IMG/VR virus record: IMGVR_UViG_3300046535_001151
Coordinates: 1 to 64,000 of that record
Length of the DNA stretch: 64,000 bases
Direction: 5' to 3' (one strand)
Source of the DNA: a virus
The position numbers and the translations under genes are program-made. A model generated the notes under the pieces. That model had not been told where the DNA came from and searched no databases. It saw only the letters and a program-made list of their open reading frames with translations. Below, in pieces: positions 31,178 through 40,450 of this stretch (position 1 is its first letter; every line of letters starts with the position of its first letter).

Positions 31178-31945
31178 ATGCGTCGTGGTGGTGGTGGTTT
31201 ACCCAAGTCTGTAATTGTCTATCGCGGGCCTAGTCGATTCGACGGGGCGCCGATCGTGGCGATCGTCACGGGGCTACGTCGACCGTCGAATAATCCCAAA
31301 ACCGGCAGAATGGCGCAGCTGTGGATCCTACGATCGGATATGTCCCCACTCGAAGCGATCGACAAGCGGGCGGATTATTCGGTGTGCGCGGATTGTCGGC
31401 TACGGGGGACCGGATCCAAGGATCGATCGTGCTATGTCAGTATGAAAAACGCCCCACTCGCAGTGTATCGGGCGTTTAAACGGGGGATGTATCCTACGGT
31501 CGACCCTTCCATAGTGGCCGAGTACCTCCGATCGGCCGATCTGTCGATACGGTTCGGGGCGTACGGGGAACCGACAGCGCTACCGCGGTGGATCCTGGAC
31601 GATCTGGCGGAGGGTACCACCTACACCGGATATACCCATCAGTGGAATTCGTCAGGGATAGCGGCCTACCGTCATTTACTGATGGCTAGCGTGGATTCGA
31701 CGTCGGAAGCTGTACAGGCCGCTAGTCTCGGGTGGCGTACGTTCAGAACACGTACGGCTGAGAGTCCCCTGCTACCCCGAGAGATTGCGTGCCCGGCGTC
31801 TGATGAAATGGGACACCGGACTACGTGTGCGGAGTGTGCACTGTGCGACGGGGCGAGAGCGGGCGATCGGCGGAAACAGATCGCGATCGTGGTGCATGGA
31901 TCGGGGAAAACTCACTATATGCAATTGATACGGAAGGGGTTGTAA
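31178..31945 (+). CDS. Cys-rich conserved phage protein, GP88/radical-SAM-like fold suspected
   Basis: NPKTG, CADC...CYV, IRFGAYGEP, GYTHQW, MASVDS, CPAS...CAECALC. Confidence 0.5.
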   Translation: MRRGGGGLPKSVIVYRGPSRFDGAPIVAIVTGLRRPSNNPKTGRMAQLWILRSDMSPLEAIDKRADYSVCADCRLRGTGSKDRSCYVSMKNAPLAVYRAFKRGMYPTVDPSIVAEYLRSADLSIRFGAYGEPTALPRWILDDLAEGTTYTGYTHQWNSSGIAAYRHLLMASVDSTSEAVQAASLGWRTFRTRTAESPLLPREIACPASDEMGHRTTCAECALCDGARAGDRRKQIAIVVHGSGKTHYMQLIRKGL

Positions 31946-32184
31946 TGCCGATCATCTGGACGGGTGACGAACGCACGCAGGCCGATCAGGATCGATCAGT
32001 ACTGATCAGTACTAAGAGACGGATCTCTCCCTCTGTGCAGTCCGGTGGAGGGACGGATCCGGCCTGGCGAGCGGATCAGGACAGGCGGAAGGAGGATCGA
32101 CGGGTGCAGAGGTGGATCGAACTGGGGATCGGGGTGGGGATCTTGTTGGGTCTGGTGGTGTGGGAGACGTGGATCCATAGCTGA
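31945..32184 (+). CDS. Small protein with C-terminal TM helix
   Basis: TAATG overlap; WIELGIGVGILLGLVVW. Confidence 0.45.
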   Translation: MPIIWTGDERTQADQDRSVLISTKRRISPSVQSGGGTDPAWRADQDRRKEDRRVQRWIELGIGVGILLGLVVWETWIHS

Positions 32185-32198
32185 GGGAGGGTAGGGGT

Positions 32199-32672
32199 AT
32201 GTGCTGTTGTCAACAACCGACGATCAACGGGGAAATGGGCTATCAGTGGGGCGTACGCGATGCACCAACGGTACGCGCCGTCAATCCACCAGACACAATC
32301 GAGAACATCCTGTACGACGAACCGGGCCGCTGTGGCGGGCAGGACAGCCATTGTCACCACTATCGGGTCGTGGGTGTGTCGACGGGCGCACGGTTCCCGC
32401 GGTTACTGGTACGGCATGGCGGAGGGGATGAATCGATCCGGCTGTCGAATGGCGGGGCGGTGCTTCGGGCGCTGAGTATGCTGGATTCAAACGGTCGGTA
32501 CTGGCTCCTCAATGCGCTCTATCACGCGCAGGCAGACGCACGGCACGCGGGGCGTGAGGCGGTGGATGCGCTCTGGCGCCGGGCCGCGGCAGAGAAGCGG
32601 ATCACGGTCAGGAAACAGCGCGGGCGAGAGGCTTTTACGGTTCACATTGAGGAGGCGGGGGCGAAAGTTTAG
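32199..32672 (+). CDS. Hypothetical protein
   Basis: RBS GGAGG, 157 aa. Confidence 0.55.
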   Translation: MCCCQQPTINGEMGYQWGVRDAPTVRAVNPPDTIENILYDEPGRCGGQDSHCHHYRVVGVSTGARFPRLLVRHGGGDESIRLSNGGAVLRALSMLDSNGRYWLLNALYHAQADARHAGREAVDALWRRAAAEKRITVRKQRGREAFTVHIEEAGAKV

Positions 32673-32699
32673 TAACGAAGGGGTATAAGGGTGGGGGGT

Positions 32700-32900
32700 A
32701 AAATGACTGGCCTAACGGTAACTTACTGATTCTATTGGCTTAGAATCGGCCAATCGTTAGGCCAGTTAGGCCAGTTTACTGACCCAATGTGACAAAAGTA
32801 AGAACGTAAGGCCAGTAAGGCCAGTCGTGAATTGGCCTATTATTAAACCTATAAGTACTACTATATATAGGGGGTTACGTCTAAGGCCAGTAAGGCCAGT
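32700..32900. promoter_or_regulatory. Putative replication origin (iterons plus AT-rich core)
   Basis: Three tandem pairs of TWAGGCCAG (32757, 32807, 32882), inverted copies (32706, 32831), AT-rich 32839-32869; abuts helicase gene. Confidence 0.65.
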
Positions 32901-32907
32901 CTCCCCC

Positions 32908-33912
32908 TTAGGAAGGGGTCGGTCGGGAGTACTGACCTCGGCCGGTACGGACCACTCGCCCATCTAACAGCAGGTCGTGGAGTTTGGTCTTAGCGCGGGA
33001 TACTTCGACCTGACACACACGCTGGATCAGCTCGAGCAGAACCGCGTAAGCCATGCTCTCGGGCTGCTTCGGTACGACCTGGATCACGCCGTAGAGGGGA
33101 TCGTCGGCAAGGATACTGAGGGATTCGGGATGGTACATGTCAAACAGGCCGGTCTCAGGGTTCTGGACGAGGTCGAAGGTACCCGCTTTCGCATGCGTAG
33201 GCAGCCATCCGAACGTGTGGTGAGGGTTGCCGGTATCCTCGGGGCCGAGCAGGTACATGGTGGTATCCGAATACCCGACGAGGGCGCCAGAGCCACTCAC
33301 ACGCTCATGAGGGCGGAGATAGCGGTCCTTGGGGTCGGTACGCTGCTTCGACATGTGCCCGACCGCGAGACAGGTCAGCTCGTGGGCATCGAGCACCTGA
33401 GTCATGGAGCCAATCCCTGCGACGACTTCGTTGTAGTCGTTCAGTTTGTTGGTGATGAACACAGTAGCGACGTCGATCACGAGGAAGGCACCAGGGGGGA
33501 GTTTCAGCTTGTCGAGCGCGTATTTGAGGAGGGTGATCCGGGTAGCCGGCGAGGTCCGCATGTCGGCCCAGTTGAGGCGGGAATCGTCTCGGAGGCTGTA
33601 GAACTTGGGGATGAGCCCGACCTTCTCAAACCACGCGCCCTGATTGAGGGCCCATTTGTGGTCAGTGGTGATGACCCCTACGGCATTCGGCGCGTTGGTC
33701 GACTGGCCACAGATGCTACGACCTTCGAGCAGCCGCGGCACCCACGACGCGTAGAGGCTGGTCTTGCCGGTCTTGGGCGGGCCTACAAAGAGACAGAAGG
33801 ACCCGAACGGGATAATCCCGGGGATCGGGTCCGGATACGGTTGTGGGGCAGCCTCGTCAGCTTGTGGGGCTATTTGACGGGAGTCAGGACTTGGTGGTAG
33901 ATTCTCTGGCAT
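32908..33912 (-). CDS. AAA_25/RepA-like SF4-type helicase with C-terminal winged helix
   Basis: Walker A GPPKTGKT, Walker B FLVID, GHMSK, VSGSGALVG. Confidence 0.75.
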   Translation of the reverse strand: MPENLPPSPDSRQIAPQADEAAPQPYPDPIPGIIPFGSFCLFVGPPKTGKTSLYASWVPRLLEGRSICGQSTNAPNAVGVITTDHKWALNQGAWFEKVGLIPKFYSLRDDSRLNWADMRTSPATRITLLKYALDKLKLPPGAFLVIDVATVFITNKLNDYNEVVAGIGSMTQVLDAHELTCLAVGHMSKQRTDPKDRYLRPHERVSGSGALVGYSDTTMYLLGPEDTGNPHHTFGWLPTHAKAGTFDLVQNPETGLFDMYHPESLSILADDPLYGVIQVVPKQPESMAYAVLLELIQRVCQVEVSRAKTKLHDLLLDGRVVRTGRGQYSRPTPS

Positions 33913-34040
33913 GTGATCTCCCTACGAGGTCGACGGCTTCATCTCCCGCCGCCCTCTGTCGTTCCCTTCAGCTCAAGCCGCCAGTCAGCGCCCGATCAGG
34001 ACACCCCCCCGGTCGGGCGTTCGACTGTACGGAAGCCGAG

Positions 34041-34106
34041 ACTCTACCACAAAATATACCCACAACCAAACTGCCACTTGACAACCTGTCAGATACGCAG
34101 TAGAGT
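34041..34106. promoter_or_regulatory. Divergent promoters
   Basis: Plus: TTGACA 34078, 17 nt, TAGAGT 34101, with CCTGTCA in the spacer. Minus: TGnTAGAGT at 34046-34041 toward the helicase. Confidence 0.6.
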
Positions 34107-34121
34107 CATAGAGTCCTAACC

Positions 34122-34469
34122 ATGAAAGTCACCGCCCAGCACAATCTCGAGAGCAAAACCGCCCTGCAGAAGGCTGCGGAACTCTCGCCCCACGAGATCC
34201 GGATCCGCATCCAACCCGGGGTGTATCAGAAGGATAACGGCAATTACCTCAGCTGGCGGGATGTGAGTTGGACGGTGATCGTGGAGTCCGAGCGGGAGGC
34301 CCAGAGATTCAGGTCTGCCCTCGCGGCCTTCTTCGTCAGACTCGACCGGGTCGGGCTCGATGTGGTCCGTATGGAACTCGAGGCCACGAACCGGGGCCTC
34401 ACGTCGAGTCAAGTCGAGGAGCTGCTGAAGGATAAGGATGAGTCTGAGATCGTCAGCTTGACAGATTAG
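34122..34469 (+). CDS. Hypothetical protein
   Basis: ORF downstream of promoter. Confidence 0.5.
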   Translation: MKVTAQHNLESKTALQKAAELSPHEIRIRIQPGVYQKDNGNYLSWRDVSWTVIVESEREAQRFRSALAAFFVRLDRVGLDVVRMELEATNRGLTSSQVEELLKDKDESEIVSLTD

Positions 34470-34486
34470 CAGTTGTCCTGTAGAGT
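34451..34486 (+). promoter_or_regulatory. Sigma70 promoter with GTCAG(C)TTGACAG motif
   Basis: TTGACA 34458, 17 nt, TAGAGT 34481; RBS GGAGGT at ~34505. Confidence 0.7.
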
Positions 34487-34513
34487 CTGAGTAGTTGTGG
34501 TGGTGGAGGTGGT

Positions 34514-35911
34514 ATGCAGACGTTGTGGTTGACCGACAGAACACGATACTCAACCGGCACCGGCCGCTGTGCCCAGGAACGCTACCTCACCAACCATTTC
34601 GGTCCCACCGGTTACGGGATCGTCCCCCGATCAGACTCGCTGCCACTGGCCACCGGCATCTACGTGCACAAGGCCCTCGAGACCCTGTTCCAGCACCTCG
34701 CGGAGACCGATACCTTCCCACCGCTGAGCCTGATTCGATCAGCCATCCAGAAGGCGAGTGACGACTACGAAGCCAAGATCGAAGGATCCGGCTATCGCGG
34801 TCTGCTGGCGTCCGAGTCCTCGAGTCGAATCGTGCAGGAACAGAAACTCCTCCTGGCTGGACTGATCTATGCCCTCTGTCGCCAGCTCCTGCCGTGGCTG
34901 TGGAGGAACTACCGGGTGTTGGAGGCGGAGACCGAGTCGATCGTGGTGCTCGACTGCACATGCGGACTGGGGTCGACCACGGTCGAATCCCTGAATGCGG
35001 CCGAGCATGCCAGCCGCGACTGTCTCGGCATCGGTCAGATGCTGCGGCAGGATGTGATCGCCGAGCACCGTGAGACCAAACGCCTCGCCTACTTCGAAGC
35101 CAAGACCACGGGACAGGCGGGAGAATCGTGGGCGCCAGCCTGGGAGACCAAGCCTCAGTTAGGCATCGGGACCTTTGGTATCGAAGCCCGATACGGTAAG
35201 TCCGTATCAGAGTTCTACATCATCGGGCTCTACAAAGGTCGACGGCAGAAGGTGGAGGATCCCTTCGAAGGCACCTGGTATCGACAGGATTCACCCTTCT
35301 GCTACGGGTTCTGTCGACCGGGGAATCCACCGTTAGCTCCTGACGATTGGCTACCCGCGTATGAGTGGGTGAATGCTGATGGTGAGACCAAGCGAGCCGG
35401 CAGGACCTATCAGAAGCGGAGCATTGCTGACCTGATCAACTCCGACTGGCCCACATGGTTGGAACGAGCGGATCAGGCGATGACTCCGGGCGAGTTCTGG
35501 ATCAACTTCCTGCCGCCGTCGGTGGTGGAGAAGCAGGTCTTTCTGGTCGGACCCCTGATCCCTCAGCAGGCGCAGATCGAAACCCTCAAGCATGCGATCG
35601 TGGGCGAGGAGCGGAAGTGGCAGGACATCCTGTGGAAGCTGTACGAATATCAGATCGATCATCCTTGGGAGAGTCCCGAGTTCCAGGCCAAGCTGAATAG
35701 CCTTGTGCCGCCGAGTTTTGAGTGTCGACGGTTCGGGCTGAGACATGAGTGTGCCTTCGTCCCGATCTGTTTTAAGCAGGCGGGCTGGGAAGATCCTCTC
35801 GGTGGTGGGAAGTTTGTCCCCAGACGTCCACACCATGAGCCCGAGCTGCAGGCCGCGATCGAACGGGGGCTGCTGCCCGAGCAGGCTGAGGAAAGTGAGG
35901 AAGAGGAATGA
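34514..35911 (+). CDS. PD-(D/E)XK exonuclease (Cas4/AddB-like, probable Fe-S)
   Basis: RCAQERY, G..VH.ALE, RQDVI...FEAKTT, Q motif, C-terminal C..F...CAF..IC. Confidence 0.7.
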   Translation: MQTLWLTDRTRYSTGTGRCAQERYLTNHFGPTGYGIVPRSDSLPLATGIYVHKALETLFQHLAETDTFPPLSLIRSAIQKASDDYEAKIEGSGYRGLLASESSSRIVQEQKLLLAGLIYALCRQLLPWLWRNYRVLEAETESIVVLDCTCGLGSTTVESLNAAEHASRDCLGIGQMLRQDVIAEHRETKRLAYFEAKTTGQAGESWAPAWETKPQLGIGTFGIEARYGKSVSEFYIIGLYKGRRQKVEDPFEGTWYRQDSPFCYGFCRPGNPPLAPDDWLPAYEWVNADGETKRAGRTYQKRSIADLINSDWPTWLERADQAMTPGEFWINFLPPSVVEKQVFLVGPLIPQQAQIETLKHAIVGEERKWQDILWKLYEYQIDHPWESPEFQAKLNSLVPPSFECRRFGLRHECAFVPICFKQAGWEDPLGGGKFVPRRPHHEPELQAAIERGLLPEQAEESEEEE

Positions 35912-36408
35912 GCCCAGTAGAAGGTTCTCGCTTCGGTACCAACCGTCCAGCCCCTGCCGCCATCCTCTGGCACTGTCCCGCCTGTGGACAGGAGCAGAGT
36001 GGCCCGGTGGAACTCGGCTGTGCCAGCTGTGGAAATGGACAACCTGGGAGGCATAGCGGGGAGACGACGCCAGCGGGGAAGCGGCCCATTGAGGACGCGA
36101 GTGGACACAGTAGTTCTATCCTCGATCAAGCCTTCACTGCGTGGCACAAGGAACAACCGGCTGTCGAGAAGAAGATCTTTGTTGAGCGGTGGACGGCCTT
36201 CAAAGCGGGATGGGAGATCGCGATGGGTCAGTTACAGACGGCTCAATCGTCTTCTCCACTGACCGGCACGATCCAATCCCGCACCATTCGTGCCGCCTTG
36301 GAGTTCTTCCGCGAACAGATTCTCACCGCCCAGCCTGAAGAGGTCACGACCGGGGAGTGGCTGAGTGCAGAAGCTGTGACAGAGATGTTAAGGGAGTACC
36401 CAGTATGA
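35908..36408 (+). CDS. Zinc-finger hypothetical protein
   Basis: CPAC...CASC. Confidence 0.5.
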   Translation: MSPVEGSRFGTNRPAPAAILWHCPACGQEQSGPVELGCASCGNGQPGRHSGETTPAGKRPIEDASGHSSSILDQAFTAWHKEQPAVEKKIFVERWTAFKAGWEIAMGQLQTAQSSSPLTGTIQSRTIRAALEFFREQILTAQPEEVTTGEWLSAEAVTEMLREYPV

Positions 36409-36852
36409 TCGACGACTATCTCGACCCCGAAGGAGCCGTATCCTTCCCCCGTCGGTACAATCCGTGGCACGAACTGGACATGCTGAACCACGCACACGTT
36501 CCTACTGAACATCCAGGGATCGTGATGCTGGGCGAACTACGACAGGGCGAGCGCTCTGCCAACCATCGGGACTGCCTCGGCCCGAGTCTGACGCAACTCT
36601 TCGAGGAGGAAGGAGATCGTCATGGACGGGACTGAGTTGGCGAAGCATATCTTTGACACGGGCGTGAGCATGAACCGCGTCCTCGCACAGGCCGTGGCGG
36701 ATGGTGGAGGTGGGCTACTCCCACACATCTATCTGCTGGAGGGCTGCCTCAGCTACGCCGCCCTCGGCGTGTTCTCGACGCGAGCGAAGGCCGAGGCCGT
36801 GCAGCGGAATCTCGACTTCCCCACGACCATTCGGGAAGAGGTGGTGTACTAA
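36405..36852 (+). CDS. Two small hypothetical ORFs (36405-36635, 36622-36852)
   Basis: Overlapping stop/start packing with RBS. Confidence 0.45.
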
Positions 36853-37658
36853 TGGAGAATGGACTGAGCCCCGTCGGAAAGATCCCCACGCCCTCGCCAG
36901 TCGAGCCCAAACCGGATGGTCCGGTGCTTAGCCCGATTGCAGGCGTTCCGGGAGCTGGGACCGGCGGGGCTCCTCGCCCTCCAACCGGGGAGGAGATCAA
37001 GCAGCAGGCAGCCAAGGAGCGGGAGGAGCAGATCAAGGCGGCTCAGGAGGATGCTCGACTGGGCGTCAGACGGTCTGCCACGATCGGCAAGCTGGTCCTC
37101 GCGCTATCGAAGGCGCAGGGCCAGATCAAGCCGGCGCTGCGGAAGTCGGACAATCCCTTCTTCAAGTCGAAGTTTGCCGACCTCGCCGCGACGTGGGATG
37201 CCTGTCGGGCTGCACTGGCGGAGAACGAGATCGCGGTGATCCAGCCGGTGAAGACCTCGGGGACCGTCGTGGTGGTGACCACCCTGCTGGCTCACAGCTC
37301 AGACGAGTGGGTGGAGGAATCTCTCACCATGCTGGCGGCACAGAACACCCCGCAGGCCATCGGGAGCACGATCACCTACGCTCGCCGATACGGCCTCGCA
37401 GCGATGGTGGGGGTGGCACCGGAGGACGATGACGGACAGGCAGCCTCCACCGATCTCCCACCGAGTGTGAAGCAGGACACCGGAGTCAGGAGCAACCTGC
37501 AGCGGTCAGCGGGATCTGGTGTCAGCGATGAGATCCAGACGCCACAGGCCGCGGTCGTCAGTCGGCCGATCGCCTCACCTCGTCCCATGGTCAGTGCAGT
37601 CGGGAATCCACCCCCACCACCCGGACCCAAACCGCCTGAACGGGCACCAGGATCGTAG
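36852..37658 (+). CDS. erf: ERF-family single-strand annealing protein
   Basis: NPFFKSKFADL, TLLAHSS.EW, QAIGSTITYARRYGL.AMVG...EDDDG. Confidence 0.9.
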   Translation: MENGLSPVGKIPTPSPVEPKPDGPVLSPIAGVPGAGTGGAPRPPTGEEIKQQAAKEREEQIKAAQEDARLGVRRSATIGKLVLALSKAQGQIKPALRKSDNPFFKSKFADLAATWDACRAALAENEIAVIQPVKTSGTVVVVTTLLAHSSDEWVEESLTMLAAQNTPQAIGSTITYARRYGLAAMVGVAPEDDDGQAASTDLPPSVKQDTGVRSNLQRSAGSGVSDEIQTPQAAVVSRPIASPRPMVSAVGNPPPPPGPKPPERAPGS

Positions 37659-37686
37659 ATCAGTACTGATCAGTACTGATCAGTAC
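37658..37686. repeat. Self-complementary (GATCAGTACT)x2.9
   Basis: Also x2 at 31994-32013 and 38370-38391. Confidence 0.9.
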
Positions 37687-37728
37687 AGTAGAGAGTCGTC
37701 AACCTCGTGAAGTGTAGGAGTTCAAGTT

Positions 37729-38364
37729 ATGAGTGGCAAGAGTCTGAGTGAATTGGAACTGAAAGAAGAAACCCTCCCGGCACAGGCGTTCGACGATCTC
37801 CCGGACTTCGGGGCCTTCACCCCACCGCCCCAGCCCGGCCCGTATCGGTTCACCCTGCCGGCCGATCTGTCGAAGACGTGGGATGTCTACGAGACCGCCA
37901 AGGGGCAGCGGGTGAGACTCGTGTTGGATCGTGACGCTCCGCTGACGATCGTCGCCAGCCCGGGCAACAAGGCGAACGGCGACAGCTTCCAGACCCGCCT
38001 GTCGAATCAGGAGCGGAAGCGCGGCAACGTGGAGGCGTCCGATCTCGACTACCTCCTCCGAGCCTTCGGGGTGAAGACCCGTCCAGCGGGGAACAAGGCC
38101 ACGGTCGAAGTGGTCTCGGGATTCGCGGGGAAGACCTTCGGGGCAGACATCACCTATTCCTTCGGCTGCAACGACACCAAGAATATTCGGGTGGTTGGGG
38201 CGGATGGGAAGCTCGAGGAGGTTCAGGGTCGTCTGGGCTGCGGGAAGAAGTACTACCAGAAGGATCTCTCCAAGGATGCCCAGGGGAACTATCCCGATCA
38301 GGTGCAGTGTGCCTGTGGGGCGGTGCTGCGGGTGTTCGCCAATCTGGACAACATTCGGGCCTAG
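37729..38364 (+). CDS. Putative single-stranded DNA-binding protein (DUF669-like) with Cys knuckle
   Basis: Follows ERF; DDLPDF...PPPQPGPYRF OB-fold-like start. Confidence 0.5.
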   Translation: MSGKSLSELELKEETLPAQAFDDLPDFGAFTPPPQPGPYRFTLPADLSKTWDVYETAKGQRVRLVLDRDAPLTIVASPGNKANGDSFQTRLSNQERKRGNVEASDLDYLLRAFGVKTRPAGNKATVEVVSGFAGKTFGADITYSFGCNDTKNIRVVGADGKLEEVQGRLGCGKKYYQKDLSKDAQGNYPDQVQCACGAVLRVFANLDNIRA

Positions 38365-38369
38365 TACTA

Positions 38370-38391
38370 GATCAGTACTGATCAGTACTGA
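38370..38391. repeat. Self-complementary (GATCAGTACT)x2
   Basis: Directly after SSB stop, preceded by TAGTACTA. Confidence 0.9.
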
Positions 38392-38443
38392 ACAGCCGTG
38401 TGGTCCCGAGCGGTGGGTCGGGGCACCCTTGAAGGAGTTGTGT

Positions 38444-38674
38444 ATGCCGCGAGCACAGGTTCATCCGATGGTTGAAGCGTTGAAGTACTTCGAGGAGGCC
38501 CCCCTCCACGACGTCGATACCGCCATCGCGTTAGTCAAGGAGATCGGTCGACGTCGTCACGCAGGAGAATCCATCCTCACCGTCAATGGGCCGAAGGTGG
38601 ATCCCCCACAGCGGAAGCGGAGACTCGCCACCCCGCCCGAGAACACCGCGACCCAGCCAGGTGGTGAAGGGTAG
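38444..38674 (+). CDS. Small hypothetical protein
   Basis: RBS AAGGAG. Confidence 0.5.
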   Translation: MPRAQVHPMVEALKYFEEAPLHDVDTAIALVKEIGRRRHAGESILTVNGPKVDPPQRKRRLATPPENTATQPGGEG

Positions 38675-39831
38675 TGGATCGAGTCCCCTTCATGCTCGTC
38701 GGCGACGGTCCAGCCGATCCTACGGGTCTCGGCCGCATCGCTCGGGACCTTGCGGGTCTGATCGTGGCGAGCGATCTCCCGGTGGAGTTTGTCCAGATTG
38801 GAGGGTCTGTCCCTCCACCATGGACCGCGTGGCGACACTTCCCCCTTGATCGATCAGATGACTGGGGAGCCGCCTGCACCGCGAGATACTGGCAGGATCT
38901 CTTCGGGACCCAACCGGGGATCCTCTTCACCGTCTGGGATCCAGGGAGGTTGGTGGACTACGCCAACCTCGATCTACCCGTGCAGAAGTGGGCCTATACG
39001 GCCATCGACGCGACGAATAGGAATGGCGTGATCAATGGTCCCGCAGCAGCAGCCCTGAGCCGGTTCGATCGGGTGCTGGCGTACGGGCGGTGGGGGGCGG
39101 AGGTCCTGAAGGCGACCTACGGGAAGGAGATCTCCTACCTCCCACATGGGATCACACCAGAGGTGTTTGCCATTCCTCCGAGCGTGGAAGAGTACAAGTG
39201 GGTTGCGGCCACTCTCGGGCCCCATGTGGGTACCGCCGACGTCCTCGGAATGGTCGCAGCCAATCAGCCCCGGAAGGACTTCTCGATCTTCTTCGAGACC
39301 CTCGCCCTGTTGCGCCACCGCGGTCGGCATGTCTACGGCTGGCTCCATACCGATACCCCCGTGAAGGCATGGGCGGTGGCGCAGCTCGTGGAGGACTGCG
39401 GGCTGCAGCAGCGGATCACCCTGACCCTGGATCAGTTTACCGACCGGCAGCTGGCCCTCCTGTATCAGCGGTGTGGCTGCACGATGCTGACGAGCCTTGG
39501 AGAGGGATTCGGCTATCCGATCGTGGAGAGCCTCGCCAGCGGAACCCCAGTGGTGAGTGGTGAATGTGCGGGAGGCCGTGAGCTACTCCCCAAGGCTGCG
39601 TGGAAGGTGCCCGTGCGTTTACAACGCACCGAGAGCGTATACGCTCTCAAACGGCCAGTGTTCCTCGTGGAGGACTGGGCCAACGCGGTGGAACGGGCGA
39701 TGGGGTGGAAGGCAACGGTGGGTGCAGAGGTGGCGGGTGCATACTGCAGGGGTACGGTAGCCCATCTTGACTGGGCTGCACTGTGGCCACGATGGCGCGG
39801 ATGGATCCGTCAAGGGTTGGAGGGCCGATGA
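38674..39831 (+). CDS. GT4 (GT-B) glycosyltransferase
   Basis: GDGP..PTGLGR, LPHGI, NQPRKD, EGFGYPIVESLASGTPVV. Confidence 0.9.
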   Translation: MDRVPFMLVGDGPADPTGLGRIARDLAGLIVASDLPVEFVQIGGSVPPPWTAWRHFPLDRSDDWGAACTARYWQDLFGTQPGILFTVWDPGRLVDYANLDLPVQKWAYTAIDATNRNGVINGPAAAALSRFDRVLAYGRWGAEVLKATYGKEISYLPHGITPEVFAIPPSVEEYKWVAATLGPHVGTADVLGMVAANQPRKDFSIFFETLALLRHRGRHVYGWLHTDTPVKAWAVAQLVEDCGLQQRITLTLDQFTDRQLALLYQRCGCTMLTSLGEGFGYPIVESLASGTPVVSGECAGGRELLPKAAWKVPVRLQRTESVYALKRPVFLVEDWANAVERAMGWKATVGAEVAGAYCRGTVAHLDWAALWPRWRGWIRQGLEGR

Positions 39832-40450
39832 CCACGCCGTCTCGTATCAGCGGGAAAGCCATCCTGATCAACTTCGACGAACTGAGCGGGGAACAGGCCC
39901 TGCTGGCAGAGATCACGATCGACTGTCCGCACTGCGGCACGCACAGCCTGCGGATCGCGGGTCACCACCTCCGCACCCTGCAGCGGCTACTGGCGGAGTG
40001 GATTGAAGACTTTCCTGATCTCACCGGGAATGAATCCGGGATCGAGGTCATCAACCGCATGAAGTACGGGGGAATCCCTCCGACCGATCCGAGGATGAAC
40101 TAATGGGCCAAGAGAGTCGTTTGAATCCGTTCGCCAAGGAACACCGGGATCTCACGATCACCCCCGGACAGGTCCACGATGCCTTCAACCGGGTACTCCA
40201 CGAAGGGGATCTGATCTTCCTCCAGGTGGCCGTGCCGCCGATCTTCCGGGTGCACCGGATCACGAAGCCGCTCGATCCCAACGCGCCGGCAGGACTGTTG
40301 GAGATTACGGTCTCCAGCACGCTGAAGTTTGCTGCGCCACAGGGGCAGGTCAATCAGGAGTTCGTGCGGGTGATCGAAGCCAGCGAGGCCCAGCCACCCA
40401 CCGCCAAGCCGAGCCTGGAGATTGTCCGGCCAGAGGAGCCGATCCTATGA
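39828..40450 (+). CDS. Two small hypothetical ORFs (39828-40103 with CPHC; 40103-40450)
   Basis: Overlap packing. Confidence 0.5.
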
